Positions 1 to 8,516 of a DNA stretch of 64,000 nt are shown here, piece after piece. The position numbers and the translations under genes were made by a program. The notes under the pieces were generated by a model. That model was not told the DNA's origin. It was given only the letters and a program-made list of their open reading frames with translations, and searched no databases. Within the stretch, counting starts at the first letter, position 1. Every line of letters starts with the position of its first letter. The DNA is taken from the IMG/VR virus record IMGVR_UViG_3300043411_001314, positions 32,001-96,000 of that record; one strand, 5' to 3'. The stretch is from a virus.

Positions 1-364
1 TCATCAAGCTGTGGCGGAACTCGACTGTTTCGTATTCCTCTACTCCGTACCGCTCGTCCATTTCAGACGAGGATGAGCCCCTCAGTTGGTAAGGGGCGTC
101 GATCGTGGCGGCGTCCACGGAGTTGTCATCCAGTGGCATCTTTGTTGCATTGAGACTCAGACCGGAGGGTGACTTGCTCGCGTTCAGGTCGGACGCCAGG
201 AGTGTTGCCGGCTTCCACTGGGTCCAGAAGGCGCCCTCACCGTAGGTTGGGTCGACCACGGTCCACTGCTCATGGAGCCAGCCGACCTTGGCGATCGCAG
301 CGATCAGTGCGCCGTTCGTCTTCCATCGGCTCGCCGACAAGACCGGCGGTTCCAGGACACCCAT
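1..364 (-). CDS. DNA methyltransferase (partial; runs off window start)
   Basis: Manual translation from ATG 364: MGVLEPP...VVDPTYGEGAFW (SAM-binding motif I-like)...IDAPY (DPPY-like motif IV); open to window edge. Confidence 0.7.
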   Translation of the reverse strand, partial: MGVLEPPVLSASRWKTNGALIAAIAKVGWLHEQWTVVDPTYGEGAFWTQWKPATLLASDLNASKSPSGLSLNATKMPLDDNSVDAATIDAPYQLRGSSSSEMDERYGVEEYETVEFRHSLM

Positions 365-370
365 GCGGCG

Positions 371-399
371 AGCTTATCGACTCGGCGGTCCCGTATCAA
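371..399 (-). promoter_or_regulatory. sigma70-type promoter, probably leaderless
   Basis: Minus strand TTGATA-N17-TAAGCT-N6-ATG(364). Confidence 0.6.
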
Positions 400-416
400 G
401 GGATCCGATCAGATCG

Positions 417-557
417 TCAGCGATGCCGGTCCACGGTGCGTCCGAGATGGCGCACGACGGCGTCCACGATCATCACGCAGCACAACGCTCCAGCGGCGCC
501 GGCGGTGAACCCGGAGGCGACCAGCACGATGGCTCGAGCGGGGGTGATGTGGGCCAT
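417..557 (-). CDS. small membrane protein (46 aa)
   Basis: MAHITPARAIVLVASGFTAGAAGALCCVMIV..., one hydrophobic segment; start overlaps upstream stop. Confidence 0.5.
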   Translation of the reverse strand: MAHITPARAIVLVASGFTAGAAGALCCVMIVDAVVRHLGRTVDRHR

Positions 558-880
558 CACGCCCCGATGGCTTCCTTGGCCCGCTCACGCAGAACGTCGG
601 CGAGTGCTTCGCCGTGCTCGGCTGGCGCCCCGAGCGCGTCGACGAGCTGCGGCACCAGTACCGCCAGGATCCACCGGTCGACGTCGTCGACGGTCCCGAG
701 GATCGCGTTGCGCTGCTGGACGAGCCGGCCGACCTGGTCGCGCAGCTGGGTGTTCTCGGCGAGGAGCCTGCAGATCGTGGTCTTGGACTGCTCAGCCTCG
801 GCCTCGAGTTGGCGGAGCTCTGCGGCCGCCTCGACGGTCAGTGCCGGCCAGCGAGGGCCGTCCGCCCCCGGCTCAGACAT
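557..880 (-). CDS. hypothetical coiled-coil protein
   Basis: ORF 557..1024 with likely start MSEPG at 880, overlapping upstream gene. Confidence 0.55.
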   Translation of the reverse strand: MSEPGADGPRWPALTVEAAAELRQLEAEAEQSKTTICRLLAENTQLRDQVGRLVQQRNAILGTVDDVDRWILAVLVPQLVDALGAPAEHGEALADVLRERAKEAIGA

Positions 881-1085
881 CCTGGGCTCCAGGCATGCCG
901 GAGGCCGCCAGGGCGAGCTCCTGCTGGCGCTCCCGGCGTTGCGTGGCGTAGCGGGCCCACTCCTCGTCCGAGCCGGCGAACACGATCGAGCAGGCGTGGC
1001 AGTAGAAGTTCCCAGCCCGCTCACGCGGCAGGGTTTCCACGGTGTCGTCGGCCCCGCACGTCGGGCACATCTTGGGTGGGATCAT
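873..1085 (-). CDS. small Zn-ribbon protein
   Basis: CPTC...CHAC motifs; coupled to rep stop. Confidence 0.6.
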   Translation of the reverse strand: MIPPKMCPTCGADDTVETLPRERAGNFYCHACSIVFAGSDEEWARYATQRRERQQELALAASGMPGAQDV

Positions 1086-2179
1086 CAGCTGGCCTTTCGG
1101 GTGTCAGGTTCTTCGGCAGAATCGCTCTCGGCGTTCACCGCTGAGCGTCGAAGTGTTGGTTTTGCTGGGGTTTCCGATCGCATGGCCTCGAGTCGGGCCT
1201 GGGTTTCTTCTTCGAGCTGGCGGGCCTGAGCCCGGGCCGCGGCGACGGCCGCGGGGTCGCCTGCCGAGCCGGGCGGCGGGGGCGGCGGGTCCCACCAGCG
1301 GGCCACGATCTCGTCATCGCTGAGGCCCGTGGCCAGGCTGGCAGCGATCCGCTGCCGGTCTGCGTGGCGGTCGGCGTCCTGGAGAATCCTCCGGGTGACC
1401 CCGGCTGCGTAGGAGCCGTGGTCGTCGGGTGCGTCCCGGTCCGCTGCGGCCAGCCCGATGCGTCGGGCGACCCGCCGAAGATTCTGATCAGGATTTCCCA
1501 TGCCACCCGGTTGAGGATCCGGGCCGGCGGGTTGTAGGTAGTCCTGAGACTTGGTGGGAGTGTTAGAGGGTGGAGGGTGGAGGGTGGAGGTACGCGTTAG
1601 CAACCCTTCCCCAAGGGGTTCCGTAAACCCTTCCTGGAAGGGTTCCGTAAGGGGTTCTGGGAACCCTTCCCCAAGGGGTTCCGTCGATCCGGCAAAGCCC
1701 TGGTCAGGGGCAACTTCCGGCATCCCGGCGAGAAGTGTCTTGATGGCTGTCGGGTGCATGGACACGATTTTGTCCGGGAAATACCCCCGAAGCTGTGCCG
1801 GCAGCTCCCTCAGGATGGCTTCCTTGACCGTTTCGGAGTGGATCGCGCCGAACTGACGGGCGGCTGACTTCAAGATGTTGGGCGATTTCAGGATCCCGTC
1901 GTGGCGCATGAAGGTGCGGATCAGCACCTCGTCGGTGTCCTCATCGAAGACCAGGAACCCGCGGTCGTGGAGCCCGATCACCAAGTCCTCGACCTGGGTC
2001 CGGGAGATGCCCTCGGCGAAGCGGGCCCACATCTTGGGGCGGTGCGCGATCACGCCACAGGAGTTCAGGTCCTGCTGGGAGAGTAGGAGCAGGTACATCC
2101 ACTGAGCCTTCGGGTTCAGCGCGTTGAAGTCAGGGTCCTGCCAGATGGCCGAGAGGATCGTGGCGTGGTTCCGTGCCAC
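1085..2179 (-). CDS. phage replication initiator (RepA/lambda-O-like)
   Basis: N-terminus IWQDPDF..L..AQWMYLLLLSQ.DLN.CGV typical of actinophage replication initiators; internal iteron-like repeats. Confidence 0.8.
   Translation of the reverse strand: MARNHATILSAIWQDPDFNALNPKAQWMYLLLLSQQDLNSCGVIAHRPKMWARFAEGISRTQVEDLVIGLHDRGFLVFDEDTDEVLIRTFMRHDGILKSPNILKSAARQFGAIHSETVKEAILRELPAQLRGYFPDKIVSMHPTAIKTLLAGMPEVAPDQGFAGSTEPLGEGFPEPLTEPFQEGFTEPLGEGLLTRTSTLHPPPSNTPTKSQDYLQPAGPDPQPGGMGNPDQNLRRVARRIGLAAADRDAPDDHGSYAAGVTRRILQDADRHADRQRIAASLATGLSDDEIVARWWDPPPPPPGSAGDPAAVAAARAQARQLEEETQARLEAMRSETPAKPTLRRSAVNAESDSAEEPDTRKAS
1602..1684. repeat. iteron-like repeats, putative replication origin inside rep
   Basis: AACCCTTCCCCAAGGGGTTCCGT at 1602 and 1662, variant AACCCTTCCTGGAAGGGTTCCGT at 1626; each partly palindromic. 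Confidence 0.75.
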
Positions 2180-2309
2180 GTCAGCAGGCGGCCGGGGTCG
2201 GGCGGTCCATGCGGGGCTCCTTCATGTTGGGCCCCTATCTCTACCGCGTCCGCATCGGTTCTGGCAATACCTATGAGGGGAGTTCATCGCGCCGGCCGAG
2301 TGAACCGGA

Positions 2310-4250
2310 GTGAATCACTACCCCTTCACCTGCCGAAGTAAGAGCGTGGCATCCATCAGCACCATCGAGTTTGGGCCCAACGGTGTTCCGATCGTGAACG
2401 CCTCCGGCCTGGACCTGTCCACCATCGCGGGCGCCCTCGGCGGACTCCCGATGAACGACCCGACCACTCGTCGGATCGTGGACACGCTCGGCGGCTGGTC
2501 CGGTGCGCAGCGGCAGCGTAAGCCGCGGCTCGGTGGGATCCTGGACCGAGATCGCTACCTGACGCCGGTCACCCACTTCGAGAAGATCCGCACCGCCCGA
2601 GACGCCCTCCGTGACGACGTGATCGGTGGGGCGGCCGACACCACCGAGGCCCTGGCCCTCTCTTCCTGCAGCCTCTTCTCGGACGACGTCGACCACCAGG
2701 ACGTGTGGAACCAGTGGGCGGCGAAGATCGACCTCGACTCCAAGCTCCGTGAGTTCTGGCGGATCCTCTACACCGACTCCCAGGCCGTGGTCGCCCTGTG
2801 GTGGGAGCAGCAGACCTTCAAGGTCCGGGGCGTCGGCGACGAGGGCCGCCAGCGGCGCAAGCGGATCTCCATCCTGGCTCCGTCGGCCTGGTCCTTCATC
2901 GACTCGACGAAGGTGGTGCCGGTCGGCAGTCAGATGTTCAACCGTGGCGCCCTGGCCTACATCGCCGACGCCGACGAGGCCGAGATGCTCGATCGGGTCA
3001 TCGAGGCGCGCGAGGGGATGGCTCCCCCGAAGAACTCCCGCGGCATGCCGGTCCGCTTCAGCGAGCGGTCTGGTGGTCCGACGGCGCCGGCGGCGTTCGA
3101 CCCCGAGGACGACGCCGTGGCCGCCCGCCTGATCCGCCGGCGGTACAACCCACCCGAGCATGAGCGGACGAGACTCACCCAGCACGGCATCGCGTGGGAC
3201 AACCTGTTCCTCCTCGACAGCCGGATGGTGTTCCGCCACACCCTCACGAAGCCCGACTACGACCTGTTCCCAGACATCCGCCTGGAGGGCGCCTTCCCGC
3301 TCCTCGACCTGAAGGCCCAGCTCCGCCAGATGGACCGGGCCTTCCTCGTGGGTGGCGCCGCCTACATCCTGGTACTGACCCAGGGCTCGGACGCCCACCC
3401 CGGCCAACAGCCCGAGATCGACGCGCTGAAGGCCGGCGCCGCCATGCTCGGGTCGCTCCCACTCCTGGTTGGTGATCACCGACTGAACCTCGAGATCGTC
3501 ACCCCACCCATCGAAGCCACGATCAACAAGGCCAAGTGGGACACGATCGACGCCCGGCTCACCAGCCTGGCGTTCCGCACCTTCGCCGCCGGCGGCAGCG
3601 ACATGGACGACCCGATGAAGACGGGCCGCATCGTGGCCCGGGGGCTTGAGGGCCGCCGGCGCATGATGCGGCGTTCGATCGAGCAGAACGTGCTCAGCCC
3701 GATCTTCGAGTCCTCGCCGGAGCTCCTCACGCCGGCCAAGCTCCGGTTCCACCCGGCGCAGATCCACCTGGCGTTCGACCAGGGGTGGGCGAACCTCCTC
3801 CTCGACCTCCGTGAGGCCAACGAGCTCTCCCGTGAGACCATGCTCTCTCAGCTCGAGTTTGACCAGGCCGACGAGGCCATCGAGCGCGAGCGTGAGCGCA
3901 AGCTCTACGACGACATCTTCCAGACGTTCGTCCCTCACGGTGCCAACCCCAACGGTGGCGACCCAGAGGGCGATCCTGGCTCCACAAGGCTCGCTCAACG
4001 TATGGGTGGTCGCCGGCGAGGCGGGAACCGCGCCGGCGGCGGTGCAGCGCCCGGCTCAGGCCAAGGGCAGGAGTCGAGGGATCCCCGTCGGTCCCGTGAG
4101 CGGCCGGCCAACGACCTGCTGATGGACATGACGCGCGACGAGCTCATCGCCGAAGCGGCCCAGTGGGGGGTCCAGGGCCGGCACCAGATGAAGAAGCAGG
4201 ACCTGGTCGACGCCATCAGTGATGCACAGAACGGAACCGAAGATGACTGA
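2310..4250 (+). CDS. portal protein with C-terminal Rho-N/HeH-like domain
   Basis: 646 aa, first head gene, portal-like C-terminal LSRETML.QLEFD...E.ER; tail MTRDELIAEAAQWGVQGRHQMKKQDLVDAI. Confidence 0.7.
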   Translation: MNHYPFTCRSKSVASISTIEFGPNGVPIVNASGLDLSTIAGALGGLPMNDPTTRRIVDTLGGWSGAQRQRKPRLGGILDRDRYLTPVTHFEKIRTARDALRDDVIGGAADTTEALALSSCSLFSDDVDHQDVWNQWAAKIDLDSKLREFWRILYTDSQAVVALWWEQQTFKVRGVGDEGRQRRKRISILAPSAWSFIDSTKVVPVGSQMFNRGALAYIADADEAEMLDRVIEAREGMAPPKNSRGMPVRFSERSGGPTAPAAFDPEDDAVAARLIRRRYNPPEHERTRLTQHGIAWDNLFLLDSRMVFRHTLTKPDYDLFPDIRLEGAFPLLDLKAQLRQMDRAFLVGGAAYILVLTQGSDAHPGQQPEIDALKAGAAMLGSLPLLVGDHRLNLEIVTPPIEATINKAKWDTIDARLTSLAFRTFAAGGSDMDDPMKTGRIVARGLEGRRRMMRRSIEQNVLSPIFESSPELLTPAKLRFHPAQIHLAFDQGWANLLLDLREANELSRETMLSQLEFDQADEAIERERERKLYDDIFQTFVPHGANPNGGDPEGDPGSTRLAQRMGGRRRGGNRAGGGAAPGSGQGQESRDPRRSRERPANDLLMDMTRDELIAEAAQWGVQGRHQMKKQDLVDAISDAQNGTEDD

Positions 4251-5892
4251 CTCAAGCATCATCCAGCCAGGCTCCGATGGCCGGCTTCACATCCTGAGCC
4301 CGCTGGTGGTCTGCGACCAACTCCCAGACTGGGACCAACTCGACGACGTCCAACCGTCTGCCGACAAGGTGTACCTGCGGGCCCGCTACGTCCACGGTGG
4401 CCTGCCGGCGAACCAGAACGGCCACATCTTCCGCACGGAGCAGCTGGTCGACGCCCATCGCAACCTCCCGCACACCTACCTCAACTGGCTCCACCGGACC
4501 AAGCACACCATCGGCTGCTTCGTGGCGTCCCGGCTGGTGGACGAGGCCACCGGCGCGGTCATCGCCGACGCCAAGGCGGTCGACGCCTACGACTCAACCC
4601 CCTACGTCGACACCGTGGCCGCCTTGTGGCGGTTCGCGTACCCCGACGAGTACAAGGCGGTGCGCCGGGCCTATGACGCCGGCATGGGTTTCGTGTCGTG
4701 TGAAGCCTTCCCTCAGCAGAACACCTGCCCGACCTGCGACGCCACCTACGACTGGAAGGGCTACGTCTCTGACTCGTACTGCGAGCACCTCAACCGTCGG
4801 CGGGCGCCCCGCTGGCTGGAGGGCCCCACCTTCGTCGGCGGAGCCGTCGTGGTTCCTCCGGCCCGCCCGGGCTGGAAGGAGGCGTCCATCACCCGGATCG
4901 CCGACTGGATGCACAAGGATCCTTCCGCCGCCAGGGACCTGTTCACCCAGGTGGCTGCTGTCGCCCCCCACCTGTCCCAACTCGAGCTCGAGGCCATGAT
5001 GGGCGTGATCGTGGAGAACACGTCCCCAGACCTGCTGTCGGACCCCACCTCGGTCATCGCCCCACTGTGGGACAACCTCGCCGGCCGCTACGCCGGTCGG
5101 GTGGATCTGGTTCCCCCGGTTCCTGTTGCCGCCGCCGCTGCCGCCGGCGTGCTAGCCGCCGAGAACCTGGCGCCAGTGGAGCTCCACCGCTCCATGAACC
5201 TCGCTCATCGCCGGCCGCAGTCCCCGCCAACCGTTCGCCGGATGGCCATGGAGCTCGCGTCCCACCGGGTCGGAGACTCCGCCAAGTTCGACTCACTCGG
5301 TGGTGAAGTGGTGGCCGAGTGGGTCGAGCTCACAGCGGATGCCATGGCCGCCATCGACGCCGAGGGGGTGCACCCATCCAAGCCGTCCAAGCCGTCGGCT
5401 GTCATCGTGGTCCGTCCCTCCGTTGACGTGGCCGCCGACCTAGCGGCTGTGGCCGGCCTCCCGGTCGACGAGATCCATGTGACCATGGCGTTTCTGGGCC
5501 CGGTCGTCGACGGGGTGCTGGAGGGGTCGAGCTTCGGGCCCGACGAGATCGCCTCTGTCATCCGGTCTGTGGTCTCCAATAAGGCTCCACTGTCGGCGAC
5601 CGTGAACGGTCAAGGGGTATTCAACACCGGTGGCGGTGAGGTCGCCGTGTGGGCGGCCGTCGACTGCCCCGGGCTGGCCGAGCTCCACGTCGAGTTGATC
5701 GACGCCCTCCACCGGGTTGAGGCCCCCCACTCCCGCCAGCACGGGTTCACGGCCCACTCCACCGTCGCCGTTCAGCCGGCCGATGCACCAGTCCCCACTG
5801 TTCCCTCCGGCATGGCCTGGGCGGTGGACAGCGTGGAGTTGTGGTGGGAGGAGCTCGAGCCCCTGGTGATCCCATTCGATCAAGGGTCTTGA
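4243..5892 (+). CDS. capsid maturation protease-like protein fused to 2H phosphoesterase domain
   Basis: Follows portal; N.NGH.F, NW.H, SCEA..CPTC..YCEHL; C-terminal HVTMAF and HSTVAV (two HxT motifs). Confidence 0.65.
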   Translation: MTDSSIIQPGSDGRLHILSPLVVCDQLPDWDQLDDVQPSADKVYLRARYVHGGLPANQNGHIFRTEQLVDAHRNLPHTYLNWLHRTKHTIGCFVASRLVDEATGAVIADAKAVDAYDSTPYVDTVAALWRFAYPDEYKAVRRAYDAGMGFVSCEAFPQQNTCPTCDATYDWKGYVSDSYCEHLNRRRAPRWLEGPTFVGGAVVVPPARPGWKEASITRIADWMHKDPSAARDLFTQVAAVAPHLSQLELEAMMGVIVENTSPDLLSDPTSVIAPLWDNLAGRYAGRVDLVPPVPVAAAAAAGVLAAENLAPVELHRSMNLAHRRPQSPPTVRRMAMELASHRVGDSAKFDSLGGEVVAEWVELTADAMAAIDAEGVHPSKPSKPSAVIVVRPSVDVAADLAAVAGLPVDEIHVTMAFLGPVVDGVLEGSSFGPDEIASVIRSVVSNKAPLSATVNGQGVFNTGGGEVAVWAAVDCPGLAELHVELIDALHRVEAPHSRQHGFTAHSTVAVQPADAPVPTVPSGMAWAVDSVELWWEELEPLVIPFDQGS

Positions 5893-5925
5893 CCGGGCAT
5901 GTCGTAATCTGATAGTCCTTCATCC

Positions 5926-6141
5926 GTGATCGAACCCGGCGACAAGATCAGATTCAGGCCGCGGCCCAACTCCAACCACTCCGATGGGGTGGTCATCGCC
6001 GTGGACGGAACGATCGTGCACATCGCTGATGAGTCCAAGCGGAACCGGTTCATCCCAGTCGACCGGGTGTTGGTCCGATCCGTCGGGCCGCGTGGTGGTC
6101 TGTCGTGGGTGCCCGCCGTCGTTGTCACACCCGGTTCGTAA
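5926..6141 (+). CDS. hypothetical SH3/KOW-like protein
   Basis: IEPGDKIRF...GVVIAVDGTIVHI. Confidence 0.5.
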   Translation: MIEPGDKIRFRPRPNSNHSDGVVIAVDGTIVHIADESKRNRFIPVDRVLVRSVGPRGGLSWVPAVVVTPGS

Positions 6142-6150
6142 TCTGCCGGC

Positions 6151-7182
6151 ATGGATAAGCAGACCCAGACGATGATCCTCGACGCAATCGCCCCTCACGC
6201 CATCTCCCTGCCCGTTGCCCAGGAGGTCGATGAGAAGGTCTGGCTCGAACAGCGCCGGAAGGGCATCGGTGGATCCGACGCCGGCACTGTGCTCGGGATC
6301 AACCCCTACCAGGGCCCGTTCGAGCTCTGGCTGTTGAAGACCAACCAGATCCCCGACCCAGACCTGTCCGACCGTGAGGCTGTCTACTGGGGGCACACCC
6401 TGGAGTCGATCGTCTGCGACGAGTTCGGACTCCGCAATGGCGTCCCGGTGATGAAGCCGAAGGTGATGTTCCAGAGCATCGAACGCCCCTGGCAACAGGT
6501 CAGCCTCGATGCCCTCACCCTGGATCCTGAAACCGGCGAGCCGGCCATCTTCGAGGCGAAGACGGCCTCGGAGTACTTGGCTTCCGAGTGGGCTGACGAC
6601 AGTGTGCCCCAGCACTACGAGGCCCAGTGCTACCACGCAGCGGCGGTGACCGGGATCCGCAACGTCTGGATCGGCTGCCTCATCGGCGGCCAGCGGTTCA
6701 GTGGTGAACGTGGGGCCGGCACGCGGGTCACTATCGACGAAGAGGTGCTGGCCGACGTGTGCGCCGCTGAGGAGCGGTTCTGGCATCAACACGTCCTGGG
6801 TGGTACCCAGCCACCACCCGACGCCTCGACGTCGTGCACCGACCTCCTTCGGGCTATGTGGGAGGCCAAGGAAGGCGAGGTCGAGCTTCCACCCAGGGGG
6901 CTCGACGTCGCCATCGGCTACCTGGACGCCCATCGTCGGCTGAATGCAGCGAAGGACGAGAAGGCCGAGCTCGGCAACTGGCTACGCCAGGAGATGGCGG
7001 CCAACACCATCGGCATGGTCCAGGGCGTCCAGGTGGCCACATTCAACAAGCAGCCCGACAACAGATTCGACCTCGAGACGTTCAAGGGTGATCACCCCGA
7101 CCTCTACGAGAAGTACTTCAAGAAGGGCAGCACCCGCGCCCTTCGAGTGAACCCCAAGCTCGCAAACATGAAGGAGAGTTGA
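6151..7182 (+). CDS. YqaJ/RecE-like exonuclease
   Basis: WLEQRRKGIGGSDAG..LG.NPY, WGH.LE, SLD, FEAKT, YEAQ motifs. Confidence 0.92.
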   Translation: MDKQTQTMILDAIAPHAISLPVAQEVDEKVWLEQRRKGIGGSDAGTVLGINPYQGPFELWLLKTNQIPDPDLSDREAVYWGHTLESIVCDEFGLRNGVPVMKPKVMFQSIERPWQQVSLDALTLDPETGEPAIFEAKTASEYLASEWADDSVPQHYEAQCYHAAAVTGIRNVWIGCLIGGQRFSGERGAGTRVTIDEEVLADVCAAEERFWHQHVLGGTQPPPDASTSCTDLLRAMWEAKEGEVELPPRGLDVAIGYLDAHRRLNAAKDEKAELGNWLRQEMAANTIGMVQGVQVATFNKQPDNRFDLETFKGDHPDLYEKYFKKGSTRALRVNPKLANMKES

Positions 7183-7183
7183 C

Positions 7184-8059
7184 ATGGCAGCCCCCAAGCA
7201 GTCCCTGGCCGACGCAGCGAAGGGTGCCGCCAGCGGCGAACCCACGAGCGCCGTCGTACCCAAGGCACCCGAACCGCCCAGCATCGTCAAGATGTTGGAG
7301 TCGCCCGCGCAGCTGGAAGAGCTCCGCAAGGCCCTCCCCCCCGGCCTGAGCGTCGAGCGGTTCGCTCGCATGGCGCTCACGCTGGTGAAGTCCGATCCGG
7401 AAATGCTGGAGCTCGGCTCCACGCCCGAGGGGACCAAGTCGCTGATCACGGCGTTCCACCGCTGCGCCCAACTCGGGCTCGAGGTCGGCCCGGACCTGGG
7501 GCAGGCGTACCTGCTCCCCTTCCGCATGCGCGACACCCTTACCCTGCAGTTCATCCTGGGCTACAAGGGCATCCTAACCATGGCTCGTCGCAGCGGCGCC
7601 CTCCGCCGGCTCGACGTCCACGAGGTCTACCAGAACGACGAGTTCGAGTACTCCTACGGCCTCAACGGAACCCTGCATCACCGTCCCACCCTGGAGAAGG
7701 ATCGTGGGCCCATCATCTGCTACTACGGCTTCGCCGAGTTCACAGATGGCGGCTACTACTACACGGTGCTGACCCTCGACGACATCGACTCTCGCAAGCA
7801 ACGGTCGGCCTCAGTCAAGGCCGGGCGGAAGTCGCCCTGGGACACCGATCCGATCGCCATGTCCAAGAAGACGGTCGTCCGCGCCATGGCCCCGTATCTC
7901 CCCCTCTCCGTCGAGGCCCAGGACGCCATCGCTGACGACGAGAAGATGGTGGTCGGCGACCAGCTGTCCTACATCGACGTGGGCACCGTGGACCACACGC
8001 CCATGCGGGACACCCAGGAGCCGGTCCAGGAGGTCATCGAGGTGGACGCCGGTGGCTGA
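7184..8059 (+). CDS. recT: RecT recombinase
   Basis: AQLGLE...LGQAYLLPF...QFILGYKG, PWDTD..AMSKKTV; adjacent to YqaJ. Confidence 0.92.
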   Translation: MAAPKQSLADAAKGAASGEPTSAVVPKAPEPPSIVKMLESPAQLEELRKALPPGLSVERFARMALTLVKSDPEMLELGSTPEGTKSLITAFHRCAQLGLEVGPDLGQAYLLPFRMRDTLTLQFILGYKGILTMARRSGALRRLDVHEVYQNDEFEYSYGLNGTLHHRPTLEKDRGPIICYYGFAEFTDGGYYYTVLTLDDIDSRKQRSASVKAGRKSPWDTDPIAMSKKTVVRAMAPYLPLSVEAQDAIADDEKMVVGDQLSYIDVGTVDHTPMRDTQEPVQEVIEVDAGG

Positions 8060-8342
8060 GGACACGTTGTTCGGGCCGGCTGAAACCCCAGTGCGGATCT
8101 CGGCCGATCGGAAACGCACCCTTCGCAACACCTCAGCGCTGACGGCTGGCAAACACCCGGTGACAGGACTGCGCTTATCTTGGGTGGATGGTCAAACATG
8201 CGGCAACTGCGACCACCACTTCAGCCACACCCGCAACAAGACCTGGCACAAGTGCGACCTCAACGCCACCCGTGGCGCTGGTACCGACATCCGGGTGTCC
8301 TGGCCGGCCTGCACCGCATGGGTAGCTGAACAGGACTCGTGA
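8052..8342 (+). CDS. hypothetical Cys-rich protein
   Basis: TCGNCDH...KCDL...TDIRVSWPAC. Confidence 0.65.
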   Translation: MAEDTLFGPAETPVRISADRKRTLRNTSALTAGKHPVTGLRLSWVDGQTCGNCDHHFSHTRNKTWHKCDLNATRGAGTDIRVSWPACTAWVAEQDS

Positions 8343-8387
8343 TCCATCTCCCGCTCACCGAGTGGGATCAACAGAAAGGAAGCGGCT

Positions 8388-8516
8388 ATGCCGACGGAAG
8401 AGGAAATCAGAGAGCAGTTCGACTACCGGTCCCACCCTCCGGTGACCAGCGTCGACCTCGATGAAACCGAGGAGTCCGACGAGGAGTCCGACGACGTGGA
8501 CGACAAGACCGAGTGA
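8388..8516 (+). CDS. small highly acidic protein (42 aa)
   Basis: RBS GAAAGGAAG; MPTEEEIREQFDYRSHPPVTSVDLDETEESDEESDDVDDKTE; stop overlaps dnaB GTG. Confidence 0.6.
   Translation: MPTEEEIREQFDYRSHPPVTSVDLDETEESDEESDDVDDKTE

Noticed and set aside
2271-3998. Long antisense or alternative-frame ORFs (also 20821..22275, 57994..59433, 59400..60956, 61206..62696)
   Set aside because: Shadow ORFs expected from high GC3 opposite well-supported genes
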